A stretch of 53,586 nucleotides of DNA, taken from the IMG/VR virus record IMGVR_UViG_3300044994_000102, positions 1-53,586 of that record. One strand, 5' to 3'. Shown here piece by piece: positions 1 to 7,564 of the stretch. The notes beneath the pieces were generated by a model. It saw nothing but the letters and a program-made list of their open reading frames with translations. It searched no databases and was not told where the DNA came from. The DNA is from a virus (taxonomy: Duplodnaviria > Caudoviricetes). A program made the position numbers and the translations under genes. Position 1 is the first letter of the stretch. Each line of letters opens with the position of its first letter.

Positions 1-2
1 CC

Positions 3-24
3 CAAAGACGCGTCAACGTCTTTG
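3..24 (-). promoter_or_regulatory. Palindromic operator (CAAAG-N12-CTTTG) enclosing a TTGACG -35 box of a leftward promoter
   Basis: CCCAAAGACG-CGTCAA-CGTCTTTGGG at 1-26 is a perfect 10-bp inverted repeat around rc(TTGACG); the same architecture occurs at 5130, 9224, 9538 and 17366. Confidence 0.6.
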
Positions 25-35
25 GGGCCGCGGCG

Positions 36-224
36 CTACTTTTGTTTCGCCATCGCCGCGAGCAATACCGCCCTGGACACCCAACCACTCACCGGGATGC
101 CCTCGTCCGCCGCGAGCTGGTGGAGCAGGTCTCGCGTCTGGCGGGACAGAGAGAGTTGGACGGCGATTTTTTTTCCTCCGGGACCGACCTTGGGGCCCGG
201 TTTCCGTCGCGCTTTCATTGCCAC
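36..224 (-). CDS. Small ribbon-helix-helix-like DNA-binding protein
   Basis: 62 aa, basic N-terminus, beta-strand-like IAVQLSLS then two helices (RQTRDLLHQLAADEG-IPVSGWVSRAV); GGAGG RBS upstream. Confidence 0.6.
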   Translation of the reverse strand: MAMKARRKPGPKVGPGGKKIAVQLSLSRQTRDLLHQLAADEGIPVSGWVSRAVLLAAMAKQK

Positions 225-232
225 GTTCCTCC

Positions 233-272
233 GTTGTGTGTGGGGGGGCGGCCGGAGCCGCCCCGTGGTTAC
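233..272 (-). repeat. Intergenic hairpin repeat, copy 1 (GTAACCAC-stem-loop-ACACAAC)
   Basis: Minus strand GTAACCAC GGGGCGGC TCCG GCCGCCCC CCCACACACAAC; near-copy at 577-611. Confidence 0.6.
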
Positions 273-547
273 TACCTATCCTGGGGTTCGTTGTCCCACT
301 GCACCTGTTTCCTGTGCCGTGTCGGGTCGACGTAGACCCCAACGATGTTTCGCGCGAGCTCTAACTCCACGAGCCGCCGTTGTTCGGTCAGCTCGCACTC
401 GTGGGGAACCGTGGCGAAAATACTCCCGGTTCGTAGTTCCGGTGTGAGCCCGTCATCGATTATTATTGAGAATGGCCACAGGCCGCGCCTAAAACCACCG
501 TTTGGCAGCGGACCATCGAGCACGTCGACTTTAACTTTAATGTTCAT
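272..547 (-). CDS. Hypothetical protein, tandem paralog 2
   Basis: 91 aa, colinear with and strongly similar to 608..880 (GPLPxGGF, WPFSI, RTGSxFATVP, EQRRxVELxLAR, PTRH); GAGGAGG RBS. Confidence 0.85.
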   Translation of the reverse strand: MNIKVKVDVLDGPLPNGGFRRGLWPFSIIIDDGLTPELRTGSIFATVPHECELTEQRRLVELELARNIVGVYVDPTRHRKQVQWDNEPQDR

Positions 548-576
548 AGGTTCCTCCTCATTATAATTATACGCGT

Positions 577-611
577 GTTGTGTGAGGCGGCTCCGACCGC
601 CTCGTGGTTAC
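577..611 (-). repeat. Intergenic hairpin repeat, copy 2
   Basis: Minus strand GTAACCAC GAGGCGGT CGGA GCCGCCTC ACACAAC; loop inverted relative to copy 1. Confidence 0.6.
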
Positions 612-880
612 TTGGCTTTGGGTTCGTCCCACTCCACCTGCCGTGCGTGCCGTGTTGGGTTGGCGTAGAACCCGACGATGCTCCGCGCGAGTGCGAGCTC
701 AACGCGCCGCCGTTGTTCGTCCAGGTCGCACTGGTAGGGAACCGTGGCGAAAACACTCCCGGTGCGCACCTCCGCTGCAAGCCCGTCTTCAATTACGATT
801 GAAAACGGCCACATGCCGCTCTTGAAACCGCCGCCGGGCAGCGGGCCCTTGAAAATGTCAACTTTGATTTTGATATTCAT
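608..880 (-). CDS. Hypothetical protein, tandem paralog 1
   Basis: Start at MNIKIK (ATG 880, AAGGA RBS), which aligns with the start of paralog 272..547. Confidence 0.85.
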   Translation of the reverse strand: MNIKIKVDIFKGPLPGGGFKSGMWPFSIVIEDGLAAEVRTGSVFATVPYQCDLDEQRRRVELALARSIVGFYANPTRHARQVEWDEPKAK

Positions 881-941
881 AGTTTTCCTTTTTTCCGTAT
901 GCGTTACGCGGCTCACAGCGCCGCTTTCTTTCAGTCTCATT

Positions 942-990
942 ATGATGCACCAGACGTGCCCACCTTGTCAACAATAATCGTACAATTATT
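942..990 (-). promoter_or_regulatory. Leftward sigma70-like promoter with an adjacent AT-rich palindrome
   Basis: Minus strand TTGACA-N18-CATCAT; near-perfect palindrome AATAATCGTACAATTATT at 973-990, just upstream of the -35. Confidence 0.5.
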
Positions 991-1020
991 ATAAGTATAA
1001 ATATCAGGTACTTAGCCGGG

Positions 1021-1761
1021 TTACAGCGCCTCGGCCCGCCGAATCACGTCCCCGTAGTACTCGAGTTCCCACTCGCGCCGACCGAATTCCGTCCCCCGGT
1101 GTCCGCCGAGAGACGCGACCCGGAGATGCTCGCGGGGCCAGCGCCCGCCGCCGTTCATCGCGTAGGCCGGGTGGGTCGGCAGTCCGTTCGCGGCCAGGTA
1201 GCCGAACACGTCGCCCCACCGCCACCAGCCGATCGGCCGTGCAGTGCGCTCTCCGACCAGCCCAAGTTTTTTGGTGATAATCTCCCGCACCCGCGACTCG
1301 TCCCGGCGGACACCGGAGATATGCCTCGCCGTGCCGAGCGTCTCGCGGGCGCGAGCGAACCCGTCGGCCGAGGTCCGCTCGCCGGTCTCGGGGCGTTTCC
1401 AGCCGCCGCCCCAGTCGATCGGGATCTCGAGATACGGCAGGTCCCTCGTGCGGAAAAACTCGTCGCGAACTGCCGGACAATCGGGGTTGAAAATCGGATC
1501 GACTTTTACCCACACCAGCGTCGGCACGTGCGCGAGCCGGTCCCGCACCCGCCACACGAGGTCCGCGACGACGACGGAATCTTTGCCCCACGACACGCCG
1601 AGGTAGGCGGGGCCGGCGGCCATGAACTCGACGACGGCTCGCTCTGACTGATCCACCAACCGGGCCAGCCGTGGTGAGTCCCCGTGTACGAGGTCGGCGG
1701 CGTACTCGTCCCGCCAGAGTGCGAGGTCCTCTTTGCGGTGGCGGTCGGACGGGATCAGCAC
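1021..1761 (-). CDS. cysH: CysH/PAPS reductase-family protein associated with type IV-B CRISPR-Cas
   Basis: PP-loop YLGVSWGKDS, GVRRDES, RPIGWWRWGDVFGYL..NGLPTHPAY; probable GTG start at 1761 overlaps the cas6e stop (ORF track extends to 1785). Confidence 0.85.
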   Translation of the reverse strand: MLIPSDRHRKEDLALWRDEYAADLVHGDSPRLARLVDQSERAVVEFMAAGPAYLGVSWGKDSVVVADLVWRVRDRLAHVPTLVWVKVDPIFNPDCPAVRDEFFRTRDLPYLEIPIDWGGGWKRPETGERTSADGFARARETLGTARHISGVRRDESRVREIITKKLGLVGERTARPIGWWRWGDVFGYLAANGLPTHPAYAMNGGGRWPREHLRVASLGGHRGTEFGRREWELEYYGDVIRRAEAL

Positions 1762-2330
1762 AACAGCAGCAGTCCCAACCCCCACGCCTTGCCGTGACCA
1801 ATGCCGTGCGTGACGGCGGCGCGGAACATCGCAGCGTCGATCACGGCGAGCGTGCCGGAGAAGTCGACGACCAGGATCGCCATGGTACGCCCGCCGTCCC
1901 GTACCTCCCAGCGGTCGCGTTGGACGCTCACGGAGTGCCCCGGCTTAAACCCGTGTCGCTCGCCCTGCCGCTGGAGCCACTCGAAGTAGATCTCGCGCTG
2001 GCGGTCCGCGTCGAGTACGCCGTACGCCGGGTCGCACCGGCGGTTCTTCCCGTTGATGAACTTCGTCACGGTCGGGTTGCAGCGGAGACGGAATCGGCGC
2101 TCGCCATCGAGCGGCGGCTCGAATGCCTCCGACGACATGACATCGGACACGGCCAACGGCAGGCGCGGAGCGAGCGCGACCAAAGAGGGGCCGTCCACCC
2201 GGTAGAGAAAATCCCTCGGGCTGTCCGGGTCAGCCGAGAACAACCTCATCGCCTCCTGGTGCGCCCAGTAGTGTTTGCACACGCCGGGCGGAGGGATCCC
2301 AAGCCGAACTTGCGTGAGCGTCAGGCTCAT
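1755..2330 (-). CDS. cas6e: Type I-E-like Cas6e (Cse3/CasE) crRNA-processing endoribonuclease
   Basis: YWAHQEAMRLF (catalytic His motif), FLYRVD, RFRLRCNPT, WLQRQGERHGF, VDFSGTL, C-terminal G-loop GIGHGKAWGLGLL; ATG 2330 overlaps the csf3 stop (ATGA). Confidence 0.88.
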   Translation of the reverse strand: MSLTLTQVRLGIPPPGVCKHYWAHQEAMRLFSADPDSPRDFLYRVDGPSLVALAPRLPLAVSDVMSSEAFEPPLDGERRFRLRCNPTVTKFINGKNRRCDPAYGVLDADRQREIYFEWLQRQGERHGFKPGHSVSVQRDRWEVRDGGRTMAILVVDFSGTLAVIDAAMFRAAVTHGIGHGKAWGLGLLLLC

Positions 2331-3013
2331 ATCGGCTCCACGATTTCGCAGTACCGGTCCCCGTGCCAGTACGGCGGGCAGCACGCGCCGAACGATTTGC
2401 GGTAGCCGACCAGGGCATTGGGCAGCTCGTCGCACAACGGTAGCGGGCGCATCAGCAGCGTGCCTTCCGGGGCGTCGGCGTACCACCAACACTCTCGGTC
2501 GGTCGGCTCGACCTCCCATCGGGACACGGCGCCGTACCCCTTCGCCACGCGCTGGCCGATGGCCTTGACCCTCCCGAGCGCCACCTCGATCGCTTCCCGG
2601 TCCGCCAGGCAGAACCAGACCACGCGCTCCACCCGCCGCACGTCGAGCGGGAGGCGGTAACTCTTGGTCCAGAACCCCACCGTGATCACCGTCTTTCGGT
2701 GCTCGGGGGCGAGGAGGTCGGCGTGCTCGACAGCCATCCGCTTGGTGATGTGCTCGACGGTAGTGGCGGCGGCTTCCTCCGCGATTGGCGACGAGCAGCA
2801 CGCGACCGGCCAGCCGCCGATGACCTCCCTCGCGACCGGGATCGGGATGTCGCCCGGTGGGTACACCGGCCGTTGCTTGTCGACCGTCCACCGCGTACCG
2901 GTCCCCCCGTGCTTGGCGACGCTGACCGAATACTCCAGTAGGGCGTCGAGCTGCGGCGGGGACCCGGCCATCGGGGCGGCCATGTGAGCGGTCACCTTCA
3001 ATGGCTCCGTCAC
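2327..3013 (-). CDS. csf3: Type IV Cas5-family subunit Csf3
   Basis: PLKVTAHM, LDALL, G-rich loop IGQRVAKGYGAVSRWEV, LMRPLP, PPYW; GTG 3013 overlaps the csf2 stop (GTGA). Confidence 0.85.
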   Translation of the reverse strand: MTEPLKVTAHMAAPMAGSPPQLDALLEYSVSVAKHGGTGTRWTVDKQRPVYPPGDIPIPVAREVIGGWPVACCSSPIAEEAAATTVEHITKRMAVEHADLLAPEHRKTVITVGFWTKSYRLPLDVRRVERVVWFCLADREAIEVALGRVKAIGQRVAKGYGAVSRWEVEPTDRECWWYADAPEGTLLMRPLPLCDELPNALVGYRKSFGACCPPYWHGDRYCEIVEPI

Positions 3014-3924
3014 CCCAGTAGCGCCTCCTGCGCCGAGCCCTTCTTGCCCTTCTTCGGCGCCCGGTAAAACGCATCGGTCAACCACTGGCGGCACTCGTCC
3101 CGGTGCTCCTCGACGTGGGCGAGGTAGGCGGCAACGGCATCGGCCCTCGTCTCGTCGTGCCCGAGGAGGACGGTCTTGAGCCGCCCGTGTCCGCGGGCCG
3201 CCTGCCCGCCGATGGTGCCGCCCGCGTTCGCCCACAGGAGGAGCGAGTGCAGCAGCGCCCCGAGCTCGAGCGGCGACGGGTGAAGGAGCGTGAACCCGTG
3301 CAGGAACATCGCGCCCCGCATGACCGCCTGACCCGAGAAGATCATGAGGCTGCTCTTGTCCTTCTCGGCGCCGGCCGGCAGGAGGTCCCCGGCCGACTTC
3401 TCGGCGTCGGATCGCGTGTACTGGTATCCGGAGATGTACGCGTGGGCCGGGTGGAACGTCACGCCGTCGGTGTCGAACCCGGGCGGCAGGAGCATCCGAA
3501 GCTGCGCCTCGTTCTCGCGGCAGAGGAGCGTGCCCCGCCAAACGTGCAGGCTGCCCGACAGCACCTGATCGGGGAGGCATCCGCCCAAGAGCCGGAACAA
3601 CGGGAACAGCCGGTACATCTCGGCGATCCGCGCGGTGTTCTCCCGGCCGGTGCTCTCGGTGAGGTTCCCGCCGTGGAGGAGGAAATTGAGTTGCTCGAGG
3701 CTGAGCTCACCCTTCAGGCCCATCCGCTCGACGAGGTGACGGGCACCGGGAGCGCGAACGCAGCGGTGGCGGATGGCGTTGCCGGACAGGAACGGAACCC
3801 ATCGGACGCCGTCGTTGGTTCGAACCGGTTCGATGGCGCACAAGGCTTCGTTGCCCTCCGTGCGGCTCATGTGGGTAATCGGGGACACGGCCTCGCTCAA
3901 ACAGTGAACGCTATAATTTTCCAT
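3010..3924 (-). CDS. csf2: Type IV Cas7-family backbone subunit Csf2
   Basis: SPITH, VPFLSGNAIRHR, FLLHGGNL, FPLFRLLGG, YQYTRSD, G-loop IGGQAARGHGRL; 304 aa. Confidence 0.9.
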   Translation of the reverse strand: MENYSVHCLSEAVSPITHMSRTEGNEALCAIEPVRTNDGVRWVPFLSGNAIRHRCVRAPGARHLVERMGLKGELSLEQLNFLLHGGNLTESTGRENTARIAEMYRLFPLFRLLGGCLPDQVLSGSLHVWRGTLLCRENEAQLRMLLPPGFDTDGVTFHPAHAYISGYQYTRSDAEKSAGDLLPAGAEKDKSSLMIFSGQAVMRGAMFLHGFTLLHPSPLELGALLHSLLLWANAGGTIGGQAARGHGRLKTVLLGHDETRADAVAAYLAHVEEHRDECRQWLTDAFYRAPKKGKKGSAQEALLG

Positions 3925-4390
3925 GCTCGACCCTCATCTCCAGCTTCTTCCAGTTCCACTGCTCCTTGCCGAGCACCAGCACCGCGTAGATGCGGGTCTC
4001 GACGTACCGGGCGAACGCCCGCCGCCACTCGACCGGCTTCTCCGTCAGCGCTTTCAGTAGCGCCGGGAGCTCCTCCGCCGAGCAGGCCCGTACCGGGTCG
4101 GCCTTGACGTGCTCCAGGCAGTGGTTCACAAACAGCTCCATGTTCCCGTCCCGCACCTTGGCGCAGGCCGTGCGCAGGCCGCTGTCAATCCTCGCCCAGA
4201 GCGTGAGCCGATCGAGCTCCTCGCCGAACAGGCGGGCCATTAAACAGGCCAAGCTGCCCGCCAGCTCCCGCATCTCCTGGTCGGCCGCTTCCGCAAGCGG
4301 CGTCTCCTGGTCGAGCAGTCCGGCTATCCTTCTTCGGAATTCCTGGTAGTCGATCGAGGGCAGGGCCTCCCTCGGGTGGGTAGATTCCAT
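3911..4390 (-). CDS. cas11: Type IV-B small subunit (Cas11/Csf4-like)
   Basis: 159 aa, predicted all-helical, between csf1 and csf2; ATG 4390 with AAGGAG RBS; assigned mainly by position and size. Confidence 0.65.
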   Translation of the reverse strand: MESTHPREALPSIDYQEFRRRIAGLLDQETPLAEAADQEMRELAGSLACLMARLFGEELDRLTLWARIDSGLRTACAKVRDGNMELFVNHCLEHVKADPVRACSAEELPALLKALTEKPVEWRRAFARYVETRIYAVLVLGKEQWNWKKLEMRVEHGKL

Positions 4391-5078
4391 CGCACGTCTC
4401 CTTATTGGCGGACAGCCAGCACGCGAGCCGGCTGACCGGCTCCTCCCGCACACGCTGCCACTCGGTTATCAGTTGCGCGCCCGTGGTCGGGAACCGCTCG
4501 ATGACGGCCATGCCGAAGCGGGCGTTCACCGTTTCGGCGAGTGCGGGCTTGCCGGTCGCGGCGACGAGTTTCCCGCACAGCTTGAGCCGCGCCGCGAGTT
4601 CCCACGGGCGGTAGGCGATGACCTGCTCTTCAAGCGTGCACACCACCTCGGAGCGGTCGTGATTCACCCGCCCGCGGTACAAGAGCTGCTTCTGCCCGCT
4701 ATCGGTGAGCACGAGCGCGAACGGCGGCTCGGGGGGCGAGATAAAGATCGGGCGGAGCAGGTGGAGGTGGGCTTTGGTCGCGGCGACGGCCCGGTCCTTG
4801 GTGATGACCCACGAGTACATGCGGGTCTTCTGGGCCTCCCGAACCTCGCCGTCGAGCAGCTCGATGTCGGCCCGCTCGTCCATGGCGATGACGCAGCCGC
4901 GACAGACGGCGGAGCTGCCGGGGCAGCGGACCCCGGACAGGTTGTTGAAGCTCTCCTTGACGTATTCGGACGTGGGGTAGGTGCCGTCGCACGCCCCGCC
5001 GCAGTAGAAGCAGGCGAGCGGGCCGATACACGGGGTGCCCTTGGCGAGTGCGAGTAGTTCGGGAACTGTTCGGGCCAC
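4185..5078 (-). CDS. csf1: Type IV large subunit Csf1 (Cas8-like)
   Basis: N-terminal Zn-binding CFYCG...SFNN...CPGSSAVCRGC, PPEPPFALVLTDSGQKQLLYR; first gene of the csf operon; GGAGG RBS. Confidence 0.85.
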   Translation of the reverse strand: MARTVPELLALAKGTPCIGPLACFYCGGACDGTYPTSEYVKESFNNLSGVRCPGSSAVCRGCVIAMDERADIELLDGEVREAQKTRMYSWVITKDRAVAATKAHLHLLRPIFISPPEPPFALVLTDSGQKQLLYRGRVNHDRSEVVCTLEEQVIAYRPWELAARLKLCGKLVAATGKPALAETVNARFGMAVIERFPTTGAQLITEWQRVREEPVSRLACWLSANKETCDGIYPPEGGPALDRLPGIPKKDSRTARPGDAACGSGRPGDAGAGGQLGLFNGPPVRRGARSAHALGED

Positions 5079-5129
5079 AATCCTCCATCATCGGCGCAAC
5101 CACGCCGCTGTCTGTTCGTCGCACGGTGG

Positions 5130-5151
5130 CAAAATCGTGTCAACGCCTTTG
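5130..5151 (-). promoter_or_regulatory. Operator/-35 element of the type IV cas operon promoter
   Basis: CAAAATCG-TGTCAA-CGCCTTTG, i.e. TTGACA on the minus strand inside the shared palindrome, about 50 bp upstream of csf1. Confidence 0.6.
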
Positions 5152-5256
5152 AGCCTTACGGCCCGCCTCTTTGCCTGTGACCGGGAGAGGCGGAAACCGG
5201 CCTATTACCAACGCATCCGGAGTGGGATGCCCTGAGGCACCCAACCGAAATCTCTG

Positions 5257-5694
5257 TTACTCTGGGGGCAAGTCTTTGTCCTCGGAGGTCTTGTGTCCGA
5301 TAAGCTCCTCGACTCCTCCACCGCCGCCGCTCTGTACGCCCTGCACGCCCTGGCGGTTAAAAGCACCCTGGCCCTCGACATCAACTACGACGGACTCCGC
5401 CCGCCTGAGTGCGCCTGGATTCTCCAGCTCTGGGATCCGGCCGAGCGAGAGATCACGACCGCCCGCGCCCCGACCCTCGCCCTGGCCGTGGCTGCGGCGC
5501 TCGACCAGGTGAGGGCCCAGAAGCTCGCCGGTGATTAGCCGGCGGGTCAGTTCGTCGATGCCCCGCCGCAGCGTGCGGTATCGCTCCTCGACGGCCGAGA
5601 CGTAATCCCGGATGACGGCGGCGTCCTCCTCCCGATAAATGGAGGCAAGTATGTCCTCGTAGGCGACCCTCTTCGCTTCAAGCTCTTTGTCCAT
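5257..5694 (-). CDS. Hypothetical protein
   Basis: AGGAGG RBS; N-terminal half helical and protein-like; C-terminal half overlaps 5293..5538 on the other strand. Confidence 0.5.
   Translation of the reverse strand: MDKELEAKRVAYEDILASIYREEDAAVIRDYVSAVEERYRTLRRGIDELTRRLITGELLGPHLVERRSHGQGEGRGAGGRDLSLGRIPELENPGALRRAESVVVDVEGQGAFNRQGVQGVQSGGGGGVEELIGHKTSEDKDLPPE
5293..5538 (+). CDS. Hypothetical protein (antisense to the surrounding operon)
   Basis: 81 aa, GGAGG RBS before the GTG, protein-like composition. Confidence 0.55.
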   Translation: MSDKLLDSSTAAALYALHALAVKSTLALDINYDGLRPPECAWILQLWDPAEREITTARAPTLALAVAAALDQVRAQKLAGD

Positions 5695-5780
5695 CTGCCT
5701 CCTAATCCGCTTTAGTTTTCTTGTTCTCGCGAACTATCCGCGAGTGAGAAGTGCAGCCACAATCGCCCTCCTTCTCCCCC

Positions 5781-6038
5781 TCATCCCCGCCTCGCCTTCT
5801 CGATTAGTTGCGCTATTGCCTCTTCGGCAGAACGCGGCCCGTCGTGACACCACTCGGAGCCTATGGAAAAAGCATTCTCCAACAAACCTCGCAGCTCGTG
5901 CTCGATGAACCAATCGATCCCAGAGAGGAAGACACCAGCTACAAAGTCGTAGTCTGCCTTCTCGCCAAGGGGGCCGATTGCCTCTTTGGCGTACTCCTCA
6001 GCCGCCTCTTCCGCCTTCGCCTTCGTCTTCTCGCTCAT
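5781..6038 (-). CDS. Hypothetical phage protein
   Basis: GAGGAGG RBS, ATGA overlap with the upstream gene, AEEYA...FLSGIDW pattern typical of small phage early proteins. Confidence 0.7.
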   Translation of the reverse strand: MSEKTKAKAEEAAEEYAKEAIGPLGEKADYDFVAGVFLSGIDWFIEHELRGLLENAFSIGSEWCHDGPRSAEEAIAQLIEKARRG

Positions 6039-6223
6039 CGCCTATTCCTCCTCGGCAACACCTCGACCACCTTGATCACCTTGAGCCCAACGGGGCGAAA
6101 GTTGGCGCAAAACTCCCTCGCGTCCTTTCGCGAGCCGAACGAGTCATAGATCACATCTCGGTTATGCTCCTCGTCACCGATCGTGACCCACCACACGCGG
6201 GTTTTCCTTGCTTGCTTCTTCAT
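6035..6223 (-). CDS. Hypothetical protein
   Basis: 62 aa, GAGGT RBS, coupled to the next gene. Confidence 0.6.
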   Translation of the reverse strand: MKKQARKTRVWWVTIGDEEHNRDVIYDSFGSRKDAREFCANFRPVGLKVIKVVEVLPRRNRR

Positions 6224-6255
6224 CGCTCTACCTCACTCGCCGCTGCCGCTGCCGT
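6215..6255. repeat. 41-bp exact direct repeat (copy 2 at 7547-7587)
   Basis: CTTCTTCATCGCTCTACCTCACTCGCCGCTGCCGCTGCCGT at both positions. Confidence 0.9.
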
Positions 6256-6352
6256 CGCCGCTGCCGCTGCCGCTGCCGTCGCCGCCGCCACTGCCGTTGC
6301 CGTTGCCGTAGCCGCCGCACCAAGGGCACGCCTTCAGCTCTTGCTCAGTCAT
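6233..6352 (-). pseudogene. Chimeric mini-ORF: Lar-like N-terminus fused to a Gly-repeat tail
   Basis: Translates as MTEQELKACPWCGGYGNGNGSGGDGSGSGSGDGSGSGE; ELKxCPxCGG resembles the start of Lar-family restriction-alleviation proteins, but the second Cys pair is missing. Confidence 0.55.
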
Positions 6353-6774
6353 TTCTCCTCTCCCGAACTATTCGAAATCTTCGAAGTGTTCACCTCCACC
6401 TTCTCGACGGGGACGGCATAGTAGTATCCAGACTTGTGATACTCGGGATCGTCGCGGATCAGAAAATCATACTCCTCTTCTGTAGCAGCCGGTTCAATGT
6501 GTACCTCCCCGTCTTCAACACGAAACCCAAGCCATACTTTTTCCGATGCCTCGATGCGTGCGCGGAGGGCGGCGATCTGCTGCTTCAGCTCCTCTATCTC
6601 CGCATCCTTGCTGCTCAATTGGCGCTCAAGGTCAGAGATGTACTGGTCCCTCGTCTCTATCTCCGCATCCTTCGCGACAAGGTGGGCACGGATGGCGTCA
6701 ATGGAAACAGGGGACAGCCAGCGGTCTTCCTCTAACGCTTCCATCGCCCTATCAAACGCTTCCTTCGTGCTCAT
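6349..6774 (-). CDS. Hypothetical coiled-coil protein
   Basis: 141 aa, repeated KDAEIE heptads, ATGA-coupled at both ends. Confidence 0.7.
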   Translation of the reverse strand: MSTKEAFDRAMEALEEDRWLSPVSIDAIRAHLVAKDAEIETRDQYISDLERQLSSKDAEIEELKQQIAALRARIEASEKVWLGFRVEDGEVHIEPAATEEEYDFLIRDDPEYHKSGYYYAVPVEKVEVNTSKISNSSGEEK

Positions 6775-7013
6775 TCCGCTTCCTTCTTGTCTTCGGCAAA
6801 GAGGGATTCGAGATCGGAGAGCATTACGAACCTTGCGTCTCCGTACATGCCGTTAAACGCCAATGCTCGACTCCTTGCCTCCTCGAGCACTGCCTTCGCG
6901 CCAGCTATGAATGATCCGTAGCTGCCAACGTAATCGCTGTTGAACATCTGATCCCGCACGTGCTTGTGCGCCATCTCCTCAGTCTTGCTGCTCACGCTCC
7001 TCCTTCTCCCCAC
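6771..7013 (-). CDS. Hypothetical protein
   Basis: Coupled ORF; true start probably the GTG (VSSKTEE) after AGGAG. Confidence 0.55.
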   Translation of the reverse strand: MGRRRSVSSKTEEMAHKHVRDQMFNSDYVGSYGSFIAGAKAVLEEARSRALAFNGMYGDARFVMLSDLESLFAEDKKEAE

Positions 7014-7213
7014 CTTCCGACTCGGACGCGGGGTCCGGCCTCACCACAACATGCCCCTTCAGCAGATCGACCGTGTTCTCGAACGCTGCGCGCAACTCGA
7101 TGGCCGCATCAAACCCGTCCTTCGTGCTCATTCCGCTATCTGCTCCGTAGTCGTGATACCACTGCGCCCAGTAGTCACAGTCCCCGCTCATCCCGCTTCC
7201 TTCTTCGTGCTCA

Positions 7214-7555
7214 TTAGGATCCCCGCTCCCAGATGCACGCACCGTCCCGCCACACTTCGAGCACCTGATCGGCGGTGTAGTTCATGTAATTGCCGACGGT
7301 GTTCGAGCCGAGGCCAAGGGCGGGTTTGATGACCACGATGTGACGGGTCTCGTCGCCCTCGCTCAGCGTGAGGCCGTCGCCCTGGACGATGTTCGGCATC
7401 GGCGGTGTGTTCGTCATGCGGCGGTAGAGCACGTACGTCTCGCCGGGCCGTACCTGAAGCGTTTGGTCCCAACTGCGGATGTCCGAGCCGTTGACCATGT
7501 CGCAAACTTCCTGCCATCGCCCCTCTCGGTACGGCAACACAAAAACCTTCTTCAT
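7214..7555 (-). CDS. Hypothetical protein
   Basis: 113 aa, GAGGT RBS lying within the 41-bp repeat. Confidence 0.65.
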   Translation of the reverse strand: MKKVFVLPYREGRWQEVCDMVNGSDIRSWDQTLQVRPGETYVLYRRMTNTPPMPNIVQGDGLTLSEGDETRHIVVIKPALGLGSNTVGNYMNYTADQVLEVWRDGACIWERGS

Positions 7556-7564
7556 CGCTCTACC

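Noticed and set aside
1755-3580. Long ORF-track versions 1755..3074 and 2327..3580 as fusion proteins
   Set aside because: The N-terminal extensions are alternative-frame read-through of csf3/csf2; real starts at 2330 and 3013 overlap the upstream stops
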